A DNA stretch of 64,000 nucleotides from an uncultured delta proteobacterium (GCA_963806225.1 CAWDXG010000001.1:384001-448000); one strand, 5' to 3'. Positions 42,275-53,083 are shown, counted from the first letter of the stretch. Notes: generated by a model from the letters alone, not told the origin. A program made the numbers and translations.

Positions 42275-43588
42275 TCAGCCGCTCGGATCGCGGACGACGG
42301 CCAGCGCGAAGCGCACGAAGCGCGAGCGCAGCTGTTCGCTGGCGAGGGCTCGGTCCACGGCGGGCAGCGTACACAGTCCGCGTACGACCTGGTTCAGGAA
42401 GCGGCTGCCGCGGCCCTCGCCTTCGTCGAAGAGCAGGTCCGGTAGCTTGCCGCGCTCGAGGGCGGTGCGCACTGTCTTCTCGATGGCGTTCCGCGGCACG
42501 CGCGGTTGCTCGGCGCGGCGCTGCATGTGCATGGCGTCCTTGCCGCACGCCAGCACGCACACGCCACAGCCGATGCAGCGCTCCTCGTCGACGCGCGGCT
42601 GGATGTTGTTCTTCTGTGTGCCCTTCACGCGCTTGGGCAGCATGCTGATGGCGCCTACCGGGCACGCACGCGCGCAGCGCGAGCAGCCCTTGCACTTGTC
42701 GGTGTCGCTCGTCGCCGAGAAACCGCTGGGGTTCACCGCACGGAGGTCGTAGTCGTTGATGGCCCGCAGCTGGCCGCAGCAGCAGCCGCAGCAGCTGCAC
42801 ACGTATGTTGGCCGATCCTGCACGTTGTCGGCTATCTGCACGAGCTTGTGCTCGCGCGCCTTGTAGAGCAGTTCGAGCGCTTCCGTGCGCTCGACGGCGC
42901 GCCCGAATTGCCGGCGCACCACGAAGTCCGCGCCGGCGTTGAGCGATAGGCACGTGTCTACCGGCGCGTCGCACTGCTCGCCAAGGTGCTCGGCCTTGTG
43001 CCGGCAATAGCAGTACGACACCGCGACGCTGCGCGCATCATCGATCAGCGCCGTGGCGCGCTCCCACTCGAGCACGTCGGGCAACACCTCGGGCGCGAGC
43101 ACGGTCTCGTGCACCAGCGTGCGCCCGAGCACCGTCTCGCCGCCGAACACCTCGTCGGCGAAGGTCGGGTCGCCGTGGCAGTACGCATCCAGGGCCTCCG
43201 CCATGCGCCGTTTGGGGATCATGTCGCTGGCGCGCATCATCGAGAACTCGAAGAAGCCCACCACCGGTGGTGCGAGTAACCAGCGCACCTCGCCGGTGCG
43301 CGGATGCACGATATCCATCACCACACCCTTGTCCGCCATCGCGCCGAGCTTCGGCTCGAGCTCCGCGGGCGCCAGGCCCACGCGCCGCGCGACCGCCTCG
43401 AGAGTCGACGGCATCAGCGGCAAGCGCGACGCGATCGCCGCCTCCTCCGGCGTGTAGAGGATCTCGAGGATCTCCTGCCAGCCGCGCCGCGCCCGGTCGT
43501 CATCGGGCTCGGGCATGCCAATGGGGTTCGCGTCCAGCCGGGCGCCGAGCGCGGCGTACTCCGCCTTGAGGTGTCCGAGGTGTCCCAC
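42275..43588 (-). CDS. 4Fe-4S dicluster domain protein with N-terminal HTH-like region
   Basis: CYCRH, CSCCGCCC, CKGCSRCARACP, CIGCGVCVLACG; GTG 43588 with TATACT 7 nt upstream. Confidence 0.85.
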   Translation of the reverse strand: MGHLGHLKAEYAALGARLDANPIGMPEPDDDRARRGWQEILEILYTPEEAAIASRLPLMPSTLEAVARRVGLAPAELEPKLGAMADKGVVMDIVHPRTGEVRWLLAPPVVGFFEFSMMRASDMIPKRRMAEALDAYCHGDPTFADEVFGGETVLGRTLVHETVLAPEVLPDVLEWERATALIDDARSVAVSYCYCRHKAEHLGEQCDAPVDTCLSLNAGADFVVRRQFGRAVERTEALELLYKAREHKLVQIADNVQDRPTYVCSCCGCCCGQLRAINDYDLRAVNPSGFSATSDTDKCKGCSRCARACPVGAISMLPKRVKGTQKNNIQPRVDEERCIGCGVCVLACGKDAMHMQRRAEQPRVPRNAIEKTVRTALERGKLPDLLFDEGEGRGSRFLNQVVRGLCTLPAVDRALASEQLRSRFVRFALAVVRDPSG

Positions 43589-43776
43589 GCCGGCCAGTAT
43601 AGACGCAGTGCCGGCACTACCGGGGGTTTCCTGGCCTCGACTCCCGCGCCGGGCCGCTGTGCCGGCGTCGGAGCTCGACGCGCCGAGCGTCAGACGGCGG
43701 CGGCCTGCTGGGAATTGAACGAGCGGTTCTACGGATCCGACGAGGCTCGAGGCGGACGTGCGCTGCCGGATGTCCG

Positions 43777-45735
43777 CTACTTCGCCAGCTCGTAAACGAC
43801 GCTGAACACGGCGATCAAGACGCCCATGATGCTCTCGCCGGCGATCAGGCCGGAGGCGACGGGGATGGTGTAGGTCTCGGAGGCTTCCTTGTTCTTCTTG
43901 GCGAACCACCAGGCGGCCAGCGCGCCCAGGAACATGCTGATCGAGTTCCATGCGGGAATCACGAAGGCGAGGCCGAGGCCGGTGGGGGAGGGGATGAGGT
44001 GGCGGTGATCGGAGAAGCGCCGCTCGAGCCAGGTGATGATGATACCGGCGGCGCCGCCGATGGCCATCGCCCAGAGCGCCGTGGGATCCAGCGCGTGCAC
44101 GCCCTTGCCAAGCAGTTCCGCGACGGCCTTCCACACCTGCGCGGCGGGCGCGGGGAACTTGTCGCCGCCGAGCACGCTGGCGTCCGGAACCAGCAGGTAG
44201 AAGCCGGGCACGGCGACCAGCGTGCCGGCGAACACGCCGAAAAACTGCGCGAGGAACTGCTTCTTGGGGTTCGCTCCGAGCAGGTAGCCGCTCTTCAGAT
44301 CCGTGAGCAGGTCGGCGCTCGACGCCGCGATCGACGACGTGACGTTCGCGGTCATCAGGTTCGCGGTGATGTTCTGCGGGATCAGGATGCCGTAGGTGAG
44401 CTGAGTGATCTTGCCCAGGGCGCCGATCGGCGTCGTGTCCGTCTCGCCCGTCGCGCGGCACGCCACGATCGCGAGCACGGCGCTGATCAGCACGGCCAGG
44501 ATGCCGAGCCACACCGGGATGTGGAAGGCCCAGCGGTTGATCGCGACCGCGCCAATCGACGCGAGGGTCACGCCGACGACGAACCACGACGTGGGCACCT
44601 CGATGCGCGCCATCGGGTCGCTTCCGGGCGGCGGCTTGTTCTTCGAGAACATCCTGGCGAGGCCCGAGAAGGCGCGGGCCAGCGTGCGCCACTGCAGGCC
44701 GAAGTTGAGCAGCGCCGCGGTGGTCATCAGCGAGACGCCGCCCCACACGCTCCACGACACGATGCCGCGGTAGCCGAGCACGTCGATGACCATTCCGTGC
44801 CCCGAGGCCGCCGGCCAGTGGTGCATGATCGGAGCGAGGATGCCCCAGCAGAGGAACGCGCCGACCAGCATCGACGCGCCCACGCGGATGCCCATGATCG
44901 CGCCCGCCGCGACCAGGATCAGCGACATCTCCAACGAGAACGTGTAGCCGTGCGGCGCGACCACCGTCGCGGCCTTGTCCCAGCCGAGCTTCTTGAACCA
45001 CTTGTGGAGCGGCAAGAACGGCGGCACCGTGATCCAGTGCGCCCACGTTCCCAGGTGGAAGCGCCCGGTGAAGTCGGCCATGCCGTCGCGCAGGAACGCG
45101 AGCACGGCGCCGATGCCCATGCCCCAGAACAGCGCCCGCGCCTTCTTCAGCGCCTCCGAGCCCTCGGTGAAGAGCGAGCGCAGCGTCACGGCCGCCGCGG
45201 TGCCCGACGGGAACGGCAGTTGCTCGATGTTGATCATGTTGCGCTTCATGGGCACCGCCATGAACACGCCGAGCATGGCCAGGAAGAACACCAGACCCAT
45301 CACCAGCAGCATCGGCAAATGGTGCTTGGTGATCATCAGGTACGCGCTGAAGGCGCTGACCAGCGTCGATGCCGTCGAGTAGCCGGCCGCCGACGCCGTC
45401 GACTGCATGCAGTTGTTCTCGAGGATCGACGGCTCGCTGCCGAGGATGGGGCGCAGGACCTTGAAGATGGCCCAGCTCATGATGCAAGCGGTGATCGCGA
45501 CGCCGAGCCCCCAGCCGGTCTTCAACCCGACGTACAGGTTCGAGAACGCCATGAACGACCCGAGCACGAGCCCCATCACCACGGCGCGCACCGTGAGCTG
45601 TGGCACGTCGTCGCCCTGGTAGACGTTCTCGAGCCACTCCATCTCAACGTCGCTGCGACCGTGGTCGGGCTTTTCGTCGGTTTCGGATGGGGGCGGTTCT
45701 TCGGGTTGTCCGGAAGGGGCGACCGGTTCAGCCAT
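43777..45735 (-). CDS. OPT/YSL-family oligopeptide transporter
   Basis: QLTVRA, NLYVGLKTG, ENNCMQSTASA, LPFPSGTA, DLKSGYLLGA, ASGLIAGES. Confidence 0.92.
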   Translation of the reverse strand: MAEPVAPSGQPEEPPPSETDEKPDHGRSDVEMEWLENVYQGDDVPQLTVRAVVMGLVLGSFMAFSNLYVGLKTGWGLGVAITACIMSWAIFKVLRPILGSEPSILENNCMQSTASAAGYSTASTLVSAFSAYLMITKHHLPMLLVMGLVFFLAMLGVFMAVPMKRNMINIEQLPFPSGTAAAVTLRSLFTEGSEALKKARALFWGMGIGAVLAFLRDGMADFTGRFHLGTWAHWITVPPFLPLHKWFKKLGWDKAATVVAPHGYTFSLEMSLILVAAGAIMGIRVGASMLVGAFLCWGILAPIMHHWPAASGHGMVIDVLGYRGIVSWSVWGGVSLMTTAALLNFGLQWRTLARAFSGLARMFSKNKPPPGSDPMARIEVPTSWFVVGVTLASIGAVAINRWAFHIPVWLGILAVLISAVLAIVACRATGETDTTPIGALGKITQLTYGILIPQNITANLMTANVTSSIAASSADLLTDLKSGYLLGANPKKQFLAQFFGVFAGTLVAVPGFYLLVPDASVLGGDKFPAPAAQVWKAVAELLGKGVHALDPTALWAMAIGGAAGIIITWLERRFSDHRHLIPSPTGLGLAFVIPAWNSISMFLGALAAWWFAKKNKEASETYTIPVASGLIAGESIMGVLIAVFSVVYELAK

Positions 45736-45818
45736 GGCCGCCCGTAGCCGCAACGTCGTGCCGCCGCAACATGAACTGCTTGACGGAGCGCGTCATCGCG
45801 GCGTGGTACGATGGCGGG

Positions 45819-46679
45819 ATGCGGTTGCTTCGTGGGGTGGCGCTAGCGACCTTGGTGCTCGCGGGTTGCGGGGGCTCGGTGATCAGCGCGGACAACGCGA
45901 GCGGCGGAAGCGCCGGGACTGGTGGCGCCGTCGGTACGGGGGGCAGCGGTGGCACGGGCGGCGGCGCCGGTGCGGGAGCGGTCGGTGGCAGCGCAGGCTT
46001 CGACGCCGGCTCGCCCGTGTGCCAGGCGGCGGCGAACAAGCTGGCGGACGAGCTTGGCGGCGCGGCTTCGTCGTGCACTGTGGCGGTACGGCTGTCGTCG
46101 TCTTTCGCGATCCAGGGCTACGCGGTGTTCTGCAGCGGGTACGCCAAGCCCGATGAAGCGACCGCCCGCAATCAGGCACAGACCGACACCGGGCTGACGT
46201 ACGGATGCTCGCCCGCGCCCTCGCTCACCGGATCGCAGCCGGGCGACGAGTTCGTGTTCCTCGAGCCCGCGACCGCCGCGGCGTGCGCCTGTTGCGGAGA
46301 CGGGTGGGTCGCCGCCGTGAGCGCCCGCAACGGGCTCACCGTGTTCGGCCAGCCACTGCTGATGGGGGCGAAACCGGACGGCAAAGGCTATCCGGCGATC
46401 TGGAAGCCCGCGTCGGATCTCGCGTCCCATTGTCCTGCGCCCGCCCCGCTGCCGTCGGCGCGTGGCTTCGACTTCGCGGGCTTCTCCAGCCAGGGTGCGA
46501 AGCTCGACGACGCCTCGATCCACTCCGCGCTCGAAGCCGTGTGGCAGACCGCGCTCCCAGCGGCCTACGCCAAGAAGCAGTACATCTTCGACGCCGTCGT
46601 GCTGCGCAGCGCCGGCACGTTCATGGACAGCGTCCCGGCCGACTACATCGTGCTCGTGAACTCGGGCTGGCTGGAGTAG
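45819..46679 (+). CDS. Hypothetical lipoprotein
   Basis: Lipobox LAGC, Gly linker, Cys-containing body. Confidence 0.75.
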   Translation: MRLLRGVALATLVLAGCGGSVISADNASGGSAGTGGAVGTGGSGGTGGGAGAGAVGGSAGFDAGSPVCQAAANKLADELGGAASSCTVAVRLSSSFAIQGYAVFCSGYAKPDEATARNQAQTDTGLTYGCSPAPSLTGSQPGDEFVFLEPATAAACACCGDGWVAAVSARNGLTVFGQPLLMGAKPDGKGYPAIWKPASDLASHCPAPAPLPSARGFDFAGFSSQGAKLDDASIHSALEAVWQTALPAAYAKKQYIFDAVVLRSAGTFMDSVPADYIVLVNSGWLE

Positions 46680-46694
46680 GGCCGCGTTCTGCGC

Positions 46695-46940
46695 CTATGG
46701 ATGCTTCGGCGCGCGGGGTCCGTGCAGGGCGCGTTTCTCGGCGCGCTCGCGCTCTGCCTCGTCCTCGTCGGACGGATGGTTGTCGAAGCGCGTGACGCCG
46801 ATGAGGTAGACGAAGGCGATGAGGGCAGCCAAGGCGGCGATGGCGTAGACGAGGAAGTACCAGCCCTGGACGAACGAGATGATGAGCAGGGTCACGACGA
46901 TGATCGCGAACCACTGGATGCCTTTCAGGTGCCTCTGCAT
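46695..46940 (-). CDS. Small two-TM membrane protein
   Basis: SD GGAG, MQRHLKGIQWFAII..., two hydrophobic helices and a charged tail. Confidence 0.6.
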   Translation of the reverse strand: MQRHLKGIQWFAIIVVTLLIISFVQGWYFLVYAIAALAALIAFVYLIGVTRFDNHPSDEDEAERERAEKRALHGPRAPKHP

Positions 46941-47071
46941 GCGACGGACTCCGGTGATGGTGCGTACTTGTTGAGGGGCAATCGCCGTGCCGCACCCTGC
47001 CGCACCTACGGTGTGCAATCCGCGCAGCTGGTGCGCTCGTGGCTTGTGGGCGTGCAAGCTTTGCCCGGCCG

Positions 47072-47956
47072 CTACTGCGCTTCGACGCCGCGCCGCGGCT
47101 CCCACACGGCGAGCATCACGGCGGCGAGCGTGATCGCGCAGCCCACCAGTACCTGTCCGGCGGGGACTTCGCTGAGCAACCACCACGCGAGCAGCGTGGC
47201 CAGCGCGGGCTCGCCCACGGTGGCCATGCCGACCACGGTGGGGCGGAGCTCGCGCAGCGCCCAGGTGAGCATGCCGTGTCCGACGAGCTGCGGGACGAGC
47301 GCGGCCAGCACCAGATAGCCGAAAGCGCGCGTCGAGGAGACTGCGATCGGCACGCCCGCCACCAGCGCGCTGGCGAGCAGGGAGACTGCGCCCACCGCGC
47401 AGGCCACGCCTGAAAACGACCACACCTCGAGGCGCGTCCCGTGCGAGCGCGCTATCAGTAGATAGAACGCCATCGCGAACGCACCGAGCAGCGCGAGCCC
47501 GTCGCCCGCGAGCGCGCTGCCACGGGCCGACAGATCGTGACCGCCGATGAGCCCGACACCGACAAGAGCGAGCGCGATGGCGACGTAGTGCCGGCGGTCC
47601 GGACGATCGCGCCCCGTCATCATCGCGATCACCGCGAGCAGCAGCGGCGTCGCGGTGACGATCGTGACCGAAGCGGCGACGCTCGTCATCGCGAGCGAGC
47701 TCACCCACGTGCCGAAATGCACGGCGTAGAGCAGCCCGCACAGCACCGCAGAACGCAGGATCGTCCGCGGCAGCTTTCGCGCGAGCCACCCGCGGACGAC
47801 CATCGGCGCGAGCAGCACCGCCGCCACGGAGAGACGCACGGCGGCTTCGACCAGAGGGTGCGTCAGCGCCGCAGCCCGGAACAGGATCGCCGCGGAAGAG
47901 ATGGACAGGACGCCCAGCGCCACGGCGGCAGTCGCGCGGCTGTGTCCTGCCCGCAT
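47072..47956 (-). CDS. DMT/EamA family transporter
   Basis: About 10 TM, HFGTWVSSL.MTSVA, GDGLAL, PQLVGH, EP motif. Confidence 0.88.
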   Translation of the reverse strand: MRAGHSRATAAVALGVLSISSAAILFRAAALTHPLVEAAVRLSVAAVLLAPMVVRGWLARKLPRTILRSAVLCGLLYAVHFGTWVSSLAMTSVAASVTIVTATPLLLAVIAMMTGRDRPDRRHYVAIALALVGVGLIGGHDLSARGSALAGDGLALLGAFAMAFYLLIARSHGTRLEVWSFSGVACAVGAVSLLASALVAGVPIAVSSTRAFGYLVLAALVPQLVGHGMLTWALRELRPTVVGMATVGEPALATLLAWWLLSEVPAGQVLVGCAITLAAVMLAVWEPRRGVEAQ

Positions 47957-48140
47957 GGTTGCCGACCATGCCACAGGCGGGGTGCGGCGAGCCGCTCAGT
48001 TGCAGCTCACCGCGACCCTGCTGTTCTTGTCGCCCGGAAAACCGCTGACGCACACCGACGTGTGAGCTCGCCCGGGTGGCAGTCGCCCGGGTTGACGCGC
48101 CAACTGCGTTCGCGGACGATCGACGGTAGTATCATCCGCA

Positions 48141-50321
48141 ATGACCGCCCGGGCCTGTCTTGTCATGTTCCTGTGTGCCCTGGGCATGCTTCTGCCCGGT
48201 TGCGGTTCCAAAGCGGAAGTGACGCACCGCGAGCCGCCGCCGGAGTGCTCTTCCGCGGCATCGGCGTCGCTCGAGCAGGTGGATCCGGGGACGCTCGGCG
48301 TGTACCTGGACGCGGCGCCCGATCCGGCGATCGGGATCCTCCACGACGACGTCCAGGGCTACCTGCAGAAGGCGTGGGAGCTCCCGGGGCTGGGCGTGGC
48401 CAGCGGCGCGCCGCCCGCGACGAAGCAGAACGTCGTGTGGATCACGACGTCGCAGGCGGCGCGTGACAAGCTCGGTACCAGCATTACCGACGGCTACGTG
48501 CTCGGTCGCGTGGCGGACGGCAAGCGCACGTTGTGGATCGTGTACGCGCCGGACGCCACGAACCTGGCCTACGGCGCCTACGCCTTCCTCGAGGAGCTCG
48601 GCTTCCGTTTCTTCCACCCGAAGCAGGAGCTCGTGCCGGAGCTCGGCGGCGTCTATCTGCCCGCCAAGCTCGACGTGACGCGCAAGCCCGCGTTCCACAC
48701 GCGGGGTATCCAGCCGCATACGCTGCACCCCATCGGCTTCATGATGCCGTTCAACGTCCCGGGGAAACAGAACCTGGCCGACGCCAAGCACTTCATCGAC
48801 TGGTTGGTGAAGACGGGCCAGAACTACGTGCAGTGGCCGCTGCTGGAAGAGCCGTCGTTCCCTGCCTTCGCCCAGCACGCCCAGGCCATCGTCGACTACG
48901 CCCACATGCGCGGGGTGCGCGTCGGGGCCGTGGTGGAGATGTTCAAGGCCTCCTCGCTGCAGAACAACTACGTGCTCATCCAGAACAATGCCCAGTGGCA
49001 GAGCGAGCTCGAGGCGGGGCTCGACCGGCTCATGACCGTGAACTGGGACGTGGTGGAGCTGGCGCTCGGCGAGTTCGTCGGCAACGACCCGTCCGAGGTG
49101 GTCAACTGGCTCGACCACGCCACCCAGTACATGGCCGATCACTATCCGGCCGTCGAAGTCTCCTCCCAGGTGCACGTTGGCAACTATCCGGGCCTGTGGG
49201 TGCAGTACCAGGGGAAGACGACGTTCTTCTATCACCTCGAGGGTTACGCGGATCCGCGGCTGACGAACAACGTCCATACGGTCTACTTTTTCGACCTGTA
49301 CCGCGACTGGGGCACGTACAAGCACGACAACTTCTTCTTCCAGCGCGACTACCTCTTCCAGCAGCTGTCGAAGCGCAAGGTGCGCTACTTCCCCGAGGAG
49401 GCCTACTGGATCGGCGGCGACATCGACATCCCGCAGTTCCTTCCCGAGTACATCTACTCGCGCTGGCTCGACATCCACAATCTGGCTCGGGACATCGACA
49501 AGAAGGGGCTGCCGCGGCTTGACGGTCACGTGCTCTTCTCCTCCGGAGAGGAGTGGAACTACTGGCTCACCGACTACCTGGTCGCGAAGATGTTGTGGTC
49601 GCCCCAGGCGCCGTTCGAGGACTCGCTCCGGCACTACACCTCCGCGTTCGGTCCCTGCGGTACGGAGCTGGAGCAGGATCTGGAAAAGCTAGTCGGTCTG
49701 CAGAGCAAGTACCTGTTCGACCAGCGACTGGTCGGCTACATCTCGGGCGAGAACAGCACGCTCGATCTGGGCTGGGTCGCCGGCTACGAGAGCCATCCCC
49801 GCCGCAAGAGCTACGAGGAAGTGGCGAAGATGGATCCTGCCGCGCAGAAGCAGTTCCAGCACGACGTGGTCGACGCGCTCGACGACATGAAGCGGGCCAT
49901 CGCTCCGCTCTCGAAGTCCGTACGGGAGGTCTGTGGCACGGCCGACGATGCTCTGCGCCCCTGGTGCAACGAGCTCGCGGACGGTTTCGAGATCGACCAC
50001 CTGAGGGCGGAGCACGCGGTGTTGCTCTACCGCGCCGTGCTCGACTGGAGTCGCGGCGGCAGCCAGCACGCGACGCTCCTGAAGCAGGCTGCCGTCGTGC
50101 GCGCCCGGGCCACCAAGGTCGTGGCCCGGCGCGAAAAGGGCTATCGCTTCGACCTGCACCGCATGGTCGACGACTACAAGAACCTCACCATCTACCCATT
50201 CGGCTACTTGCGCACTGCCCACAACCTGTGCTTCTGGCAGCGGCAGGAGCAGCAGGCCAGTACGCTGATCGACACGGGCTACCCCGCTTCGATCGCCAAG
50301 CTGCCGAGTTGTCAGGACTGA
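48141..50321 (+). CDS. Lipoprotein, putative glycoside hydrolase (GH20/GH67-like N-terminal domain plus probable barrel)
   Basis: Lipobox LPGC; DGYVL...YGAYAFLEELGFRFFHP...PAFHTRG pattern. Confidence 0.6.
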   Translation: MTARACLVMFLCALGMLLPGCGSKAEVTHREPPPECSSAASASLEQVDPGTLGVYLDAAPDPAIGILHDDVQGYLQKAWELPGLGVASGAPPATKQNVVWITTSQAARDKLGTSITDGYVLGRVADGKRTLWIVYAPDATNLAYGAYAFLEELGFRFFHPKQELVPELGGVYLPAKLDVTRKPAFHTRGIQPHTLHPIGFMMPFNVPGKQNLADAKHFIDWLVKTGQNYVQWPLLEEPSFPAFAQHAQAIVDYAHMRGVRVGAVVEMFKASSLQNNYVLIQNNAQWQSELEAGLDRLMTVNWDVVELALGEFVGNDPSEVVNWLDHATQYMADHYPAVEVSSQVHVGNYPGLWVQYQGKTTFFYHLEGYADPRLTNNVHTVYFFDLYRDWGTYKHDNFFFQRDYLFQQLSKRKVRYFPEEAYWIGGDIDIPQFLPEYIYSRWLDIHNLARDIDKKGLPRLDGHVLFSSGEEWNYWLTDYLVAKMLWSPQAPFEDSLRHYTSAFGPCGTELEQDLEKLVGLQSKYLFDQRLVGYISGENSTLDLGWVAGYESHPRRKSYEEVAKMDPAAQKQFQHDVVDALDDMKRAIAPLSKSVREVCGTADDALRPWCNELADGFEIDHLRAEHAVLLYRAVLDWSRGGSQHATLLKQAAVVRARATKVVARREKGYRFDLHRMVDDYKNLTIYPFGYLRTAHNLCFWQRQEQQASTLIDTGYPASIAKLPSCQD

Positions 50322-50336
50322 ACAAGGAGTCGCCCC

Positions 50337-50756
50337 ATGCGCATCGCATTTCTGCTCGCCGCCGCCACTGCGCTGCTCGCCGCCTGCTCCTCGGGTAACA
50401 GTGGAAACGACGTGAGCGGCCTGTCGCCGACCTGGACCAACGTGTACTCGGCTGTTGTCGCCAAGAGGTGTCTGCCGTGCCACGCGACAAGCACGGGCGT
50501 GTCGCTAGGCAAGCTCGACCTGAGCTCCAAGGACAAGGCCTACGCGAATCTACTGAACGTGGCCGCCCAGGGCTCGGCGTGTGCCGGCCAGGGCACGCTG
50601 GTCGTGCCGGGCCAGGCGGGCTCGAGCCTCCTCTACCAGAAGGTCGGCAGCTCGCCGCCCTGCGGCTTGACGATGCCCTTCCAGGTGGCGCCGCTTTCAG
50701 GCAGCGAGAAGAGCCTGATCAAGGACTGGATCAACGGCGGCGCGACGAACAACTGA
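50337..50756 (+). CDS. Lipoprotein with a single CxxCH motif (cytochrome c-like)
   Basis: SD AAGGAG, lipobox LAAC, CLPCH, VVPG..SLLYQKV...MP...IKDWINGGA. Confidence 0.75.
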   Translation: MRIAFLLAAATALLAACSSGNSGNDVSGLSPTWTNVYSAVVAKRCLPCHATSTGVSLGKLDLSSKDKAYANLLNVAAQGSACAGQGTLVVPGQAGSSLLYQKVGSSPPCGLTMPFQVAPLSGSEKSLIKDWINGGATNN

Positions 50757-50847
50757 GCGCCGGCACGCCTCGTCGGGCGCCGTCTGGTAGCATGGGTCCG
50801 GCCAGAAGCCGGATCAGTTATTCGCCGGATCGCCCCGGAGGTGGGTC

Positions 50848-52194
50848 ATGAGAGCAGTGGTATTGTGCGGGGCCGTGCTGTGCTCCGCTTTGCTGGGCGC
50901 GGCAGCGTGTTCAGGTTCGTCGAACGGCGCGCAGGCAGGGGACGGAGGTTCGACCGGTGGTGCGGGCGGGACGGCCGGCTCCGGCGGCTCGGCGGGAGCC
51001 GCGGGCGGCGGTGGCACGGCGGGCACGGCGGGCACCGCGGGCACGGCGGGCACCGCGAGCGGCGATCAGTACGGGCCCTGGGCGGGCGGTGCGACCTACT
51101 ACAAGAAGTTCGCGCACGGGCCGCCGTCGGATGCGTCCTTCTTTCCCATCACGGTCTGGCTGCAGAGCCCAGGCAGTGCCGGGGCCTACCAGGCGATAGG
51201 CATCAACACTTTCGTGGGTCTGTACCAGGGCCCGACCGACAGCATGCTCTCGACTTTGAAGACGGCGGGCATGCCGGTCGCCTGCGACCAGAACTCCGTA
51301 GGGCTCGCTCACGTGACCGATCCGACCATCGTCGCGTGGACGCAGCAGGACGAGCCGGACAACGCGCAACCCGCCAGCGGCGGAGGCTACGGGCCGTGCG
51401 TGCCGGCGTCGACAATCCAGAGCCTGTACCAGCAGCTGCGCGCCAACGACGCGACGCGCCCCGTGTTCCTGAACCTGGGCCAGGGCGTCGCCAACGACGG
51501 CTACGTCGGTTGGGGCAGCGTCTGCAGCAAGACGCACCCCGGCGACTACCCCGACTACATCAAGGGATCGGACATCATCTCATTCGATATCTACCCTTCG
51601 AATTCGACCGATCCGAACGTGCAGGACAAGCTCTGGCTGGTGGCGAAGGGCGTGGACAATCTCGTCAGCTGGTCCGGCGGCAAGAAGCCCGTGTGGAACT
51701 GGATCGAGTGCACCGGCATCCACGACCCGGCAGGTAAACCGACGCCGGACGAGGTGAAGGCCGAAGTCTGGATGTCGATCGTCCACGGCTCGATGGGCAT
51801 TGGCTACTTCGTCCACCAATTCCAGCCCAGCTTCGACGAGCACGCGCTGCTCGATGATCCGACGATGAAGGCTGCAGTCGCGGCTATCAACCAGCAGATC
51901 CACGACCTGGCTCCCGTCCTCAACACGCCGCCCATCGTCAACGGCGGCAGCGTCTCCTCGTCGGACCCGAACGTTCCCGTCGACATGTTGCTCAAGCGGC
52001 AGGGTGGCGCGACGTACATCTTCGCCGTCGATATGCGCGGCACGGCCACGCACGCCACGTTCGGCGGCTTGACGAACCTGCCGCCCGGTGCGCAGGCAGT
52101 CGTGATCGGCGAAAGCCGGCAGATCCCCATCAGCGGCGCCGCATTCGAGGACGACTTCGCCGCCTGGGGCGTGCACCTCTACCGGATCCAGTGA
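50848..52194 (+). CDS. Lipoprotein, putative clan GH-A-like glycoside hydrolase
   Basis: Lipobox AAAC, GTA repeat linker, QQDEPD, DIISFDIYP, WNWIE, HGSMGIGYF. Confidence 0.6.
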   Translation: MRAVVLCGAVLCSALLGAAACSGSSNGAQAGDGGSTGGAGGTAGSGGSAGAAGGGGTAGTAGTAGTAGTASGDQYGPWAGGATYYKKFAHGPPSDASFFPITVWLQSPGSAGAYQAIGINTFVGLYQGPTDSMLSTLKTAGMPVACDQNSVGLAHVTDPTIVAWTQQDEPDNAQPASGGGYGPCVPASTIQSLYQQLRANDATRPVFLNLGQGVANDGYVGWGSVCSKTHPGDYPDYIKGSDIISFDIYPSNSTDPNVQDKLWLVAKGVDNLVSWSGGKKPVWNWIECTGIHDPAGKPTPDEVKAEVWMSIVHGSMGIGYFVHQFQPSFDEHALLDDPTMKAAVAAINQQIHDLAPVLNTPPIVNGGSVSSSDPNVPVDMLLKRQGGATYIFAVDMRGTATHATFGGLTNLPPGAQAVVIGESRQIPISGAAFEDDFAAWGVHLYRIQ

Positions 52195-52206
52195 GGGCTG
52201 GTCGCG

Positions 52207-53049
52207 CTACTTCACGCCCGGCAGGTGGATGCCGAACGACTGCAAGAGCAACGTGACCGCCAGGTAGAGCAGGATCAGCACCAGAAGGCGCGTCAGGATC
52301 CGCCCGCGCAGACGGCGCCCGATGCGTGAACCTGCCTGCGAGCCGATCGCGACGCCCACCAGCGCCGGCACCGCCACGGAGGGGTCGATGAGCCCGTGGT
52401 TGTAGTAGAGGAAGGCGCTGGCCGAGACGGTGATGCCGACCATGTACATGCTCGTGCCGATGGTGGCCTTGAGCGGCACCTTCATGATCGAGTTCATGAT
52501 CGGCACCTTGATGGCCCCGCCTCCGATGCCGAGCATGCCCGAGATGACGCCGGCAAACGAAGCCGCTCCGAGCCCCGGCAGGATGCGGGTTGGGATGTAC
52601 GTCACGTCCTCGCCGCGCGCCGGATCCATATAGGTCTGCTTGAGCCTGAGCGGATCGGGGCCGTCGGTGATGGGAGGCGCTTCGCGCTTGCGCATGAAGA
52701 GTGCCGCGCTCATGCCCAGAAGCGCGAGGCCCAGCACCAGGCGCAGCGTGGTCGGCGCGATCAGGATGACGATCACGCCGCCGCCTATCGCGCCCAGGGT
52801 GGTGGTCAGTTCCATGACCAGCGCGAGTCGCACGTTGGTCATGCGATTCTTGAGATAGACCGACGTGCCCCCGGTCGAGTTGACGATCACGCTGATGGCG
52901 CTGGCAGCCACCGCCGTCTTGAGCGGCACGCCGAAGAAGACGGACAGGATCGGCACGAAGAAGACACCGGCGCCCAGCCCAAGCATGGATCCGAAGATCC
53001 CGGCGACGATCGAAGCCAGGAGGACGCCGAGCTCGACTCCGGGGCTCAC
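52207..53049 (-). CDS. TauE/SafE (TSUP) family permease
   Basis: GSMLGLGAGVFFVP, GMLGIGGGAIKVP, ATIGTS. Confidence 0.88.
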   Translation of the reverse strand: MSPGVELGVLLASIVAGIFGSMLGLGAGVFFVPILSVFFGVPLKTAVAASAISVIVNSTGGTSVYLKNRMTNVRLALVMELTTTLGAIGGGVIVILIAPTTLRLVLGLALLGMSAALFMRKREAPPITDGPDPLRLKQTYMDPARGEDVTYIPTRILPGLGAASFAGVISGMLGIGGGAIKVPIMNSIMKVPLKATIGTSMYMVGITVSASAFLYYNHGLIDPSVAVPALVGVAIGSQAGSRIGRRLRGRILTRLLVLILLYLAVTLLLQSFGIHLPGVK

Positions 53050-53083
53050 GCTGCGCGCCTCGTGGTTGTTCGAAGCCCGCCGC

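Noticed and set aside
51010..51058. 9-bp tandem repeats (and 24-bp repeats near 41160-41220)
   Set aside because: In-frame Gly/Thr/Ala linkers after signal peptides, ordinary for these lipoproteins
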